Assembly: GCA_024704765.1 (NCBI GenBank)
Contig: JAKMXF010000354.1
Coordinates: 977,690 to 1,041,689 of the forward strand
DNA: 64,000 nt
Reading direction: 5' to 3'
DNA from: Oopsacas minuta
Taxonomy: Eukaryota > Animalia > Porifera
Shown here: positions 1-11,200 of the stretch, one piece after another
How the letters are laid out: each line of letters opens with the position of its first letter
How positions within the stretch are numbered: position 1 is the stretch's first letter
Made by a program: the position numbers and the translations under genes
The notes under the pieces: model-generated
What the model was told of the DNA's origin: nothing
The model's database searches: none
What the model saw: the letters and a program-made list of their open reading frames with translations, nothing else

Positions 1-1909
1 GGTCAGGTACGAGTACGAGGGAATCAATCCATAAGGTAGCGTCAGTAGGAGTCAGGGATGTCCTGTATAAGGTCGGAGCTTCCTGGAGACAGGTGGGTAG
101 GAAAGAAATGTAGGAGTTAGAGTTGTTTAGAACAGCTGATTGAACTCGATTATACACTTCACACCTTTCTAAGTTATCCATAAGAAGAATTTCCATGTTT
201 ACTGCTCCCGTTTGTAGCGTGAAATAACGAAGAACTGGGATATAATCGAGGAAGCGTGGGACTTCTATAATAAATTCAAGGGTCTGTCCTCTCTCTACTC
301 TAACTAGTCCCTCCCCTGTGAATAACAGCTGTATATTTAACCCCTCATAACCTGGAACATCTGTCTCCCCAGGGTTTCCTGTCTCTCCTTCAAATAGTAA
401 GTAATCCGGGGCAGGTAGAAAGTAGCCAGACTCTACTGAATCACATTTACTATCAGTAAAGTTGGGGAGACACATACACTCCCCTGTCAGCTTGTCACAT
501 ACTGGACTAGAAGCTCCCCCCATGTCACAACCACATACCTGACACCCTTCACTATTCCCTGTAGATAACCCGTAGTAACCATCTTTACAAGTGCCACACT
601 GAATTCCCTCTGTATTCTGCTTACAGCTACACTGTCCGTTGTCTGACTCACAAGTTATAGATAAACTACCTGCTTCATTACAAGCACATGCCTGACAGCC
701 GTCTTGTTGTGAGGATAGGTTATAGAAGCCTATCTTACACTGATTACACTGTCTACCAAATACATTAGCCTTACAGAAGCAATCGCCTGTGGAGACCTGA
801 CACTCCCCGGTATCAGCTGTTCCATCTGGATCACAATTACAGGGCCTACATATATCGGGGTCAGTAAGGAGGAGGATAGCGTCACGGTAGAAGAATGGGA
901 GACAGGATTCACAGCTGTCGCCTATCGTATTGTCCTGACAGCCCTGACATACTCCAGATCCTATAGAGCTATCATAAACACAGGAGGTAGCATGTGAATA
1001 ACATTGACATTGCTGACAAGCATTATCCTGGATCAGGGTACCAGGGAGATAGGGACCGTTATTGAAGAGAGGGAGACACCGTTGACAATTGTCTCCCTCT
1101 GTATTGTGTCGACATATGCACGTGGATGGTTCAGTGATGTTACACGCGTCTGCATGTCCGTTACAGAAGCAGCTGCCCTGTACGCGCCATTCTGAGACTG
1201 CATGGAAGTATCCTTCATTGATAATACCAACAATTCGATTGAATGAGAGAATTCTTGCACGCAGATTGGTAACCAGGAAGTAACTCAATGCTATAGTACT
1301 ATAATTAGTTATTCCCCCTAATATCCTAGCTGCTGGGGAGAAACTGATCACTCCTCCGGAGTACGGATTTATGTTAGACTGGGTACTGTCACAAACCGAT
1401 GTGGTGCCCAGAGAGCTGTTACTAGGGTCCGGAGAAGAGGGGAGCTGGAAGTCGAATTGACAGTTAGGGGAGTAATATTGGTACACATACCAAGTAGACC
1501 CATAGTCAGTGCTGTACTCTAGAATCATGGATCGAGCACGGGGGCTAAACCAAATAAGAGTGGTCTCTGAGACTAGGAAGGGGGCTGAGAAGTCCAGCTG
1601 TAGGTTAACAACTATAACGTCATTCCCTGCTTGCCACCAGGTGTTACTATCCCCGTCTATAGCCAGAGAGGATGGGTGTTCACTAGAAGTACAATTATAA
1701 CACTCACTAATGTCCCCTAAAGTAAATCCTATGAGAGGACAGGACAGTTCAGGTCCTGCCTGTCCACAGGTGTTTGTAGCGGAGATAGATGCAGCGTTTA
1801 TTTGTGTGGGTATATTCTGTATAGGAGGGTAGCATCCTGTAGTGCTACTGCAGGCTGTGTTACATAAGGGAAGTAGGGTTAGGAAGAGGAGAGGGATAGA
1901 ATAGTGCAT
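1..1909 (-). CDS. LAMB1: Laminin beta-type chain, N-terminal part (signal peptide, LN domain, LE repeats, domain IV); runs off the left edge of the window
   Basis: Not in the ORF track; translated by hand. ATG at 1909 opens a continuous frame to position 2. It reads MHYSIPLLFLTLLPLC (signal peptide), an LN domain ending EWRVQGSCFCNGHADAC, about 5 laminin EGF repeats (CICRHNTEGDNCQRC, CNCDPDG...CFCKANVFGRQCNQCKIGFYNL), then GYFLPAPDY...LWIDSLVLVPD typical of beta-chain domain IV. Confidence 0.9.
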   Translation of the reverse strand, partial: MHYSIPLLFLTLLPLCNTACSSTTGCYPPIQNIPTQINAASISATNTCGQAGPELSCPLIGFTLGDISECYNCTSSEHPSSLAIDGDSNTWWQAGNDVIVVNLQLDFSAPFLVSETTLIWFSPRARSMILEYSTDYGSTWYVYQYYSPNCQFDFQLPSSPDPSNSSLGTTSVCDSTQSNINPYSGGVISFSPAARILGGITNYSTIALSYFLVTNLRARILSFNRIVGIINEGYFHAVSEWRVQGSCFCNGHADACNITEPSTCICRHNTEGDNCQRCLPLFNNGPYLPGTLIQDNACQQCQCYSHATSCVYDSSIGSGVCQGCQDNTIGDSCESCLPFFYRDAILLLTDPDICRPCNCDPDGTADTGECQVSTGDCFCKANVFGRQCNQCKIGFYNLSSQQDGCQACACNEAGSLSITCESDNGQCSCKQNTEGIQCGTCKDGYYGLSTGNSEGCQVCGCDMGGASSPVCDKLTGECMCLPNFTDSKCDSVESGYFLPAPDYLLFEGETGNPGETDVPGYEGLNIQLLFTGEGLVRVERGQTLEFIIEVPRFLDYIPVLRYFTLQTGAVNMEILLMDNLERCEVYNRVQSAVLNNSNSYISFLPTCLQEAPTLYRTSLTPTDATLWIDSLVLVPD

Positions 1910-2223
1910 TTATCTGTGAAGTTTTTGTCTTTTCTATTTGAATGGTATTTAGCTAGTGCAGGATTATTAGTTAGGTATTTACGGATTCTGGTTAGATATA
2001 AATAGACACTAGAGATCAATAGGAAAATTTTCTATTCTAGGAATTCAGTCAGCTCCCATTATAAGGATATATCCAAATACCCGCTTAATCAAAGTATGAA
2101 AATTCGCAAATATATTTCCAAACCGTCAATGTAACATAATTTCCATCGGTTATACGAAATAATTACCGCGGTCCCTCGAGCTTTGATATAACTGGAATTG
2201 ACTGTAATTACTTTGTTGTATAG

Positions 2224-5200
2224 AATGAATTGGGTGAAGAGGATCTCCTGGATTGCTCGCTACGTATCAATACAGGTTGGAAAGAAGGTGACTTACTCAA
2301 AGCAGTGGTGGAAGGATTCAATTCTAGAAAGCTATCCATGGAGCTACAGAATTTAGATTCTCTATCCTTCACTCAACTATTGTTATCTCCTGATAAAGAG
2401 TTCCCTCAAGAAGTATGTTATTATTTACGCTATAATATTGTTTATATGTTTACGGTTCTTGTTTATCAGCTGTCTATTGACCCTAACACCCCTGGAGGAG
2501 ACAGAGACAGCAGGATATCAGAGAAGAGTCTCTCTTACGACGCGATTGCTCTCCACCACTCAATCGACCATTTCGCACAAGCATTTATCTCAGAACCTGT
2601 TACTACAGAGACAGCTCAACCAATCAGAATTGACTCTGACGTCAGTTGGGTATACCCGGATAAAGAAGAGAGGACAGATAATAGTGACGGAGATTCTGTA
2701 GTAGACACGGAGGATGTATTTGAACCTGTGGTAATAGAACTAGAAGATGGAAATAACTCGTATGACCATGATTTACAGGTTGATATTGACACTCTAGATG
2801 AAGCAGTTAAGAGGTTAGAACTGAGCTCAGCTGCTCGACCATCTCTCCCAGGAAGTAGACGGTCTTCCCTCCTGATACAACAAGAGAGATTAATAATATC
2901 TCCAGAGAAGCTCAGAGCTTCTATCTTAAGGAGACAGGAGTTAGATGAATCTCTCCCGCTAACCGATGAGTTTCGAATCTCTGAATCTCCTTCTCTAGCT
3001 CGCTACTCCTCTCTCCCTGTCATAGCCTCTACCGATAGACTAGAGCGAGAGGCGAGTTCTGAGATTTCTCTCAACAATTTCCAACAACTTACTCATCCAG
3101 AAAATCTAATTGGTAAGAACACAAATAGCATACGTAAATACAAATATAAATACATATCATAAAGTTCTTGCTATAGTTATAGCTTGCTTCTGAATGCTCT
3201 TAGTCTGTGATAAGACTCATTCCCACTCGTTAGCTTACTACCCCCATCAACTACTAGTATTTCTCCCGTTATGTTATCAGCTAGACACGAGCAGAGAAAT
3301 ACAGCTGTCTCTGCTACTTCAGTACGGGTGCCTATCTTCTGTAGCGGTATATTTGCTGTTATCATTTGATCGGTCACATCTCCTCTCAGTTTTCGCATCC
3401 CCTCTGTACCGCTTATCGGCCCTGGGGCGACCGCATTTACCCTGATCCCCTCTGGCCCCCACTCGACAGCTAGGTGTTTAGTCAGCGCGTCTATCGCTGC
3501 CTTCGCGGCGCCCACGTGAGCCTGCAGGGCTACTCCTTGGTAGTGAAGAGTAGCAGAAATGTTTAGAATAACTCCTGACCTATCTGGTTGTGAGAAACAG
3601 TGTGTGTATACACATTTTGATAAGTTGAATGTTCCTAGTGTATCTATCTCCATAACTGTTTTAAAAGCATTGGAAGACATGCCGCTGACTGGACATAGGA
3701 AATTCCCTGCTGCGTTATTAACGAGGATATCAATCTTCCCGAATTCCCTCATAGCCTCCCTCACAGCATTCTCCACCTCTGGATATTTACGGACATCCAT
3801 CTTGATAGGGAGACATTTCCTTCCTGTCCCTTCTCTAAGTCCCACTGCTGCCTCTTCGACACGAGACAAGCTACGACTAGCTATGACGCAATCACATCCG
3901 TGACGCATAAATAGCTCTGCTATCCTGAATCCTATCCCTGAGCCTCCCCCGGTTATGAAGGCTACTTTACCCTTCAGCAGGTCTGGGACGTATTTGTGTG
4001 TGTATGAGTCTAGACATACATCCATAATAGCTATCTTATATGTGTATAGTAAACTCAGTTTAATAGAAACACCTGTTAATCGGGCCAAATTGGCCTGGTC
4101 CTGAAGTGGGCCTATTATGAGGAGTCTACAGTACGTAATTTAATTATGAATTGTAGTTTCTTCTAAGAGCGGTTGGTTAGAAGTTAGTAAGCTGATGTCA
4201 CACAAGAAGAAGAGATTACATATATCTAGTAAGAATAGATGGAAGAGACACTGGTGTAGTGTGAGAGGAGCATCTCTGATACTACACAGTAAAGAGGACA
4301 GCTCTGTACTGTATAATGCTAGAGCTGATCCAATACTCTGTCTAGATCTAGAGGGTAGTCTGGTGCAGACTGCTTATGAGTGTTTTAAACGGAATCATGT
4401 GTTCACTATTAGTCTACCTAATGGACATGCTTACTATATGCAGGTATGTATTTATATCCATTAACGGGTGCCAGGGACGCCTAAAATGCTAACCCATCTC
4501 CCCGTTTGTGGAGGTTCATTTTTATGGGAATAGGGATTCGCTTTATATTTTTTCACTCCATTTCCAGTGGCTCCCCTTTCCACCGCTCTCGTTTGTGAGG
4601 TTACACTGCATTTATAACTTCATCCTCATAGGCAATAACTCAGGGAGAATTATTGAAATGGATTCAACAGTTACACTGCTCTGCAGCAATAGCATGCACC
4701 AGACAACTGAATAGGAGCTTAGCTATTGATAAACTGAGGATGCGATGTACACAGCTGGAGACAGAGATAGAAGGAGATCTTAAAATAAAGAACAGAGCTG
4801 ATAACAAACTAAGTTCAACACAAGATGTCTCTTTGAAAGAGAAACTTAGTAACGAATTAACACCATTGGAATTCTCTGTTGATCTATTACAAGCTGAGTT
4901 ATACAGGTATAGATTTACTAATTAAATTAGAAGTGATTGATTATTTTTTCTGCTTCTTACTTGTTCCAGTTGCTACCATCTTGTCAATGAATAACTCCTG
5001 CTGCATTTTAAGAGACATGTCTGATAGAAGGTGCTTGTGTGCTTCTTTGTGTTTCTTAAGTTGACCGTTAAGCTCTCGGATCTTCTCGTCTTTGCTCGCC
5101 AGCTCCTGGTCTTTCTTCGTCAGCATGGCCTCTAGGGCGGCGCACCGTGTAGAGAGGTCCTCGTTCTTAGAGTTCTCTTGAAGCGCGCGTGTCCTCATCA

Positions 5201-8200
5201 GTCCGAACGCGTTTTCGAATGTCTCTTTCTCTCTCTCCAGTTGTTTGGATAATATCTCTGATTCAGCTGTTGATCTCTCAGCTCGCTCTGTCTCAGCTTC
5301 AAGTTTTTCTCCTAAAATTTCTTTTTCCTGTTTCAAGCATTCCAGCTGTGCCTCTAAATTCTGTATCTCTAAGAATCCATCTGTTACAGAGCTCTGCACA
5401 CTCACTACAGACTGAGGGGGCGAGGGGGGAAGGGTAGTATCTCTCCTCTGTTTATGAGTAATCAGATCTTTGACCAATTGATCTTGGAGTAGAATACAGT
5501 CTACAATCTGCTTGGATACAGTATAGTGACTAGGCAGCAAGTGATCTGACATAAACCTATACAAAACTATACAAAACTAGTAAGCCCTGGTATTAAGTAT
5601 TCATATTTCTCTAGGACAAAATGCTACATAGCTTCTCTTAACAACACAGATCTTCCTACTCCAGACACATTCCTATCCACCATATCCGTAACCAGTAAGC
5701 AGAGTATTAAGAAGCTTGGACTATTCACAGCCTCTACTGCTTATGCATTTATCTGTGATAATACGAGTAATTCGAATCAACAATTTGTCTTAAAGAGTTC
5801 ATTATTTGCTGCTATAAAGGTGAGTATTGATGTAACCCAGTATAATGGGCCTAATATGATAGATCTTATTAAATTATACTTCTAATCAAACTGTTAAATA
5901 TATGAATGATAAAATATTTGAAGTCTCAATCTCTTTGGCAAGACAGCAGTTGGGAAGTTCTACTTGTAACTCTCATCGCTAATCTCAGTACTTTCAAGCT
6001 AGGATTCGGATTAGGATACTCTTCTCCTACTTCTCTTGAGTTCTTACAATCAGGCCTCCTTTCACTGTACACATTTCCTATATTCTCATCTATATACGCT
6101 CTTGGTGTTGGCATAGGGTGTGTTTGTGTTGTCCCGTTTCTTAAGGTGTTCGGACGGAAACTTGTGTTGATCCTATCTACTCTCATATCCACAGGGTCTT
6201 ATCTTATAATAGCCAGTAGCTCGGGCGCCACACAGCTGATAATCGGGCGGGTAATTGCTGGAATATCAGCTGGGCTTTGCTTTACAACAGTTCCAATTTA
6301 CATAGGAGAAGTTTCACACTTTAAAGTTAAGGGCTTTTTCGCAGGATTTTTTGGTCTTTCCCTCAGATTCGGTACACTGAGTGCTTACATATTTGGCTTG
6401 TTCCTGTCGTTCAGATGGCTAGCTCTTATCACTGTATTTATCGATGTGTTATACACCCCTTCGTTAATGTTTATATGCTACAGTCCTACTTGGTTAATAT
6501 CAAGACGGTTACACAAGAGAGGAGTATCTGTATTGGTCCGATTAGGTCGGAGTGAGGAAGATGCAGTCAGTGAGGGAGAGGAAGTTGAGAAGGTGTTGAC
6601 TCAAAGAGCATTTACAGGAATTAAAGAAAGACTCTTGTCTCTCTTCCAAAAATATCACTTCAAGGCCCTGGCCATAGGATTAACATATATGATATTTGAA
6701 CCAATGACAGGGACAGATGTAATTGATGCGTACGCTACTCGAATATTATCAGAGACTAATTTCATTCTTAGTAACCCAAAGACTGCTTCTCTATTCTTCC
6801 CTCTGTTTGCTATAGCGGCTAACCTTATACTCCTAGCACTAGTTGATAGAGTTGGTAGGAAGGTGCTAACCATTATATCAGGAGCTGGTATAATATTATG
6901 TCTGTTTGCTATGTCAATCTATGTGTATGTAACTGATGGTATTCTCAGTACTGATGTTAATACAACTAGTGATGGGTATTTGGGTGTATTGCCTGTCGTG
7001 AGTTTAGCAGGGGTTAGATTCTTGCATGGGTTGGGGTGGGGATCAGTTGGGTTCATTCTGTTAGGGGAGTTGTTCCCCTTGAAGGTGAGATCAACTCTAG
7101 CGGGTATTTCAAGTTTAGGTTCTTGGTTAGTTATATTTATTGTTTTACTTCTATTCCCGTTTTTGAGTCAATTAATTGGATATGGATCAACATTTTTTTT
7201 GCTTGCGCTTATCAATATTTTGTCTTTGTTGTTTGTTATTTTCTTTCTTCCTGAAACGAAGAGAAAGTCAGTAGAAGAGTTAGAGGAGCTGTTCAGAGAA
7301 AGATTTGTGTTTTGCTTATGTAGGGATATTTCACTTAGAAATTATTAATTCCACTAAATATTCATCTGCCTATACACTGCAAAAGTATTGCTTGTTTGTT
7401 TATTGCTTATTCTTATATTCAATAGTGTAAATGTATATAAGCTGATTTGCGTTTGTCACTCTGTATTTGCATACTTAATAGCTGTCCCTTCGTATTTTGG
7501 GCGACATGTCATCCGAAAACAATCTCAAGGTAAATACAAACTTCGTCTCGCTATTTTCTTCATCTGGTTGTAATACTACAACAAACAACTTACAGTCTCT
7601 CTTTCCTGTGTTCATTAAATTCACAGCTATACTTCATTTCCTTATCTAAACTGAGGTCTATATAGAGAATAAAGTATTCCATAATTATGATATGCAATTT
7701 CTACTCTTGTTTTCCTTAATAACTCTGGGTTAAGATGTCACGACAGTTAACTTTAAAAGTATTCACTATTAGGAACACTCAAATAGACTCTCTCAAGTAC
7801 AAACACCAGCTAAACGGAAGAAGTTAAAAAATATTCTAGAACTCTTGCCTTCTACTCCATCAGACATCAATTTTACTATTAACAACAATGTTGCCACATT
7901 AGAGACAGTATCTGCTAGCAGGCCTGCAAGGAAGGAGAGAGTGTATCGTCCAGCCTCTAGAGACAGCCCCAGGTCTGTGGAGATTAAGTATCCAGATGGA
8001 GAAGTGTCTGTTATTGTTATTACTCATTCCAGCTTAATTTTAGATGTCCTCCTTCATTCCTGTATTAATAAGAACATAGATCCTCAGGTGAGATATCAAA
8101 ATTCCATATTTATTATATTTTAAAATATACTCAAATCTGCTTAATCCGTAATTCTAGCGGTGTTCAGTTCTATTTTAATTTCCTTCCTAAACCAATAATA

Positions 8201-11200
8201 CAAAATGTTTTCAGTTTCACTTTGAGTCAAATTTAATTTGAACTAGCAAGACAGACATTAATAGGTTAGCTAATCAAGTTAGTTGAAAGTTAAAGATTTC
8301 TAATACTGAAAGTGAGAACTTTATAATAATTCCAGTGATTTTTGCCACAAAAACAATATTCAAATTCGATCTTTTATTAGAAAAATTGAGTAGAACGGCA
8401 ACCGTAAAAAAGTAGGCCTCAAAACACCTGGTTATGTCCAATTTAATAAAGACCTTTCCTTGTAATGCTTTGAAATAGAAGTCACTAACCGCTATCGATA
8501 ATATATTGAAACCTAATCAATGTACGTTCTCCGACGGTCATAATAGGATTACTGTAAAGATTTGAAAAATTGGTGCATGGAATGTAAGTGTTACACCCTA
8601 GTTACGGCCTGTACGTGATAGCGTGAGCCTTGGCTAATAAGTAATTATTATGTGCATATTATACGTTTTCCTTGTTCTATAGGATTATTATATACAGATT
8701 AATCATTCGGAAAATACGACAGAATACAGTTTTCCCTCAGAACACGAATACTTTAGAGATCACACAATATATTCTCTTGAGCTCTGTTCTAAGGCAATCC
8801 ATATTATTGATCTATATCCTGTTGATGAAGTGGAGTTAGGATTTTCTATTGAAGTTTTGGAAAAAAATATTTATGGGAAATTCACACGTAGTTTTATTGT
8901 GTCTGACGTCATTAGAGGTTAGTTTATGATAATTTACAGATTCTATTTATCGCTGGAATTCGTGCGGACGTAGCCGCGCCGTATACGCGTGGATAATCCC
9001 CTGGGCAGCTCCCAATATTTTCACCCTATACCAATTTTAACACATTCTGTGGCCCTCCCATAGACTGCAATAGATCCTGTTGGCCACCTACTGTCCACTA
9101 AGGAGTCTACGGACCCCAGGTTTGGAACAGTTGGTCCGCTGTACTATGAATTTTTGAAGTTACTGGTACTAAGGTGCTCCATATAAGAAATTTGTAATAT
9201 ATTTGCTGTAGAAACATACAAACGTATATTCTACTCGTTCGCATATGTTTCCAAAAGAAAATTTTCTTTAATTAACAAAAGTGAAAGTTTTGAGTATATT
9301 GATAATGCAAATATTTCTCGGCACATTAAAATGCATTGTATAGATATTAAACTCTAATTTTGTGTATTCTACCGGAGATATATGCTTGAGGGATACAGAA
9401 CGTGTTCCAACAACGTGAATTTATCTCCAGTATATAAAGTGTAGTTTTGATGTATTATCTTATAAATACACAAAAAATAAGTAAACAATTACAAATAAGA
9501 AAAGTAAAAATTTACAATGGAAAATGAATTGCTTGAACTTGCACAGTATCTATGGAAACCTCCCAGAAATGATGACCTATCTGAACAAGAAATCCAGGAA
9601 CTGGATTTGATCACCTTGAGGAGGAGACTCACTGAAAAATCAGCTACGAAAGAGGAATTTGAGTCCGTTTCAGTGACCAGGAGGAAGTTAAAATCACGTG
9701 TTTACGCTCAGGATGCGAGAGACAGACATCGCGTGGAGATGTTGAGACTCAAACAGCTGAAAAAAAAACTAGAAGATGAAAAGAAAAATCTATTAATACA
9801 AATTAAATCCTTTGAAAATTCTATCAATATAAAAAATCATTAAAATGTCCGTATTGAAGAGTTTACTATTTGTAGTTATTAGATAATATCTTCAACTATC
9901 ACCGGCCCTGCTGTTTCTGGTCTGGTGTTTCTGGTCTGGTGTTTCTGCTCTGCTGTTTCTGCTCTGCTGCTTAGATTCATATTTTCTGTGATTGTATATT
10001 CTCATTATATTCCCAATCAATTATACTTTACTTCAAATTCATAAAATAAACAGGCAAATATAGGAAAGACAATTATTGACACTCTGCAGGAACAATGCCA
10101 GACAGAGTGAAAATATAAAATAATGTTTTTAGCGAGATAATTAACAAATATTTCAACTTTACAGCGTTTTATTTAATCAGTCAATCCAAAGAGCAAAATT
10201 ACACAAACTTATTGAGCGAAAATACATTAATTTTGAGCACAGAAAATTAACAAATATTCCTGAAAATTCATAATTCCTATTTACTGAATCTTAGAAAGTA
10301 GGATTGTTAATAGAGCGCTTTATTCAGATAAAACTTGTAGAATTTAACCTCTTCTTCAAGCTCCCTTTTCTCTTTCTTCAATTTTATCTTCTGCGCTTGG
10401 AGATTACAATAATATTTATTATTTTTTTCTCTGTGCCTTCTCGCGTATTCGCGGCTTTTCATCATCCGGCGGTAAACACGTATCTTATTTCTGAACTGTG
10501 CGGACGCTTCCATGTCCTGAAAAACTTGGCGGAGTCGGACAATATTCGAATGTATCATCTCGAATTTGGTAGGTATCGTTTTAGAAGTCATCTAGATCGT
10601 CTCTTTTCCTGCTAGATTATTTGTGATCATTTGTTAGCTAGGTCCACTTATATACTCTTCAATCCCATAATCCGCGATGTAAGTTTGTTACAACGAATTA
10701 CATTTTTGTAAAATTTGCCGTATTGAGGCGAAAAGATGTAACTATTATTCTTTAAATACTTTCCCTTTCAGACATATCAAGAGCTTTGGGATAATATAAT
10801 TTATAGAGAATGCTAATTATGCTAATTATTATGGAAAGAGCGATAACTTTTGCAAATGAACGATTTCTAATTGTATATCAGGTGACTAGTACATGTTGTT
10901 TCATAATCGTTCACGAGGGGAAAGTCACTCATGGAGGGTATCATCAGATTTGGGAGTGTCCGTCTCCTCCCCTAACTAGAAGGCATGTTAACTCTGGTTA
11001 TAACGAAGTTCTCGGGACCCCGGTTTCATTTTCGTTATAAGCGGAGTAAAATCAATTACAGTGCCACCCGGATAATCCGCCAAATTGTTTATTGCGCCAC
11101 AATTTTCGTGTATTTTATTCCACTTAACCCGGCATAAATGATTAGTATTTATGGCTTTGAATAATTACAAAGAACTGACTTATCTTTGGGAATACATTCT

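Noticed and set aside
730-1700. Short track ORFs at 730-912, 1004-1195, 1033-1260, 1089-1283 and 1509-1700
   Set aside because: Shadow frames of the laminin CDS. The many other 60-166-aa ORFs overlapping DECR2, NCBP3, VPS37A, tomosyn, RGS3, PGK, SCAF and PRKDC were dismissed for the same reason.
2230-3162. 310-aa ORF as a standalone orphan gene
   Set aside because: It has a TTG start just after a splice-acceptor-like TAG and a strong donor G|GTAAGA at 3112 in phase with the PH exon. It is better explained as 5' exons of the TIAM-like gene.
8560-8600. KIGAWNV, resembling the start of a LINE APE endonuclease
   Set aside because: Only 7 residues, flanked by stops, with no further LINE sequence.
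9911-9970. Short direct repeats as a possible CRISPR array
   Set aside because: Head-to-tail 14-mers without spacers, in eukaryotic DNA, with no cas genes.
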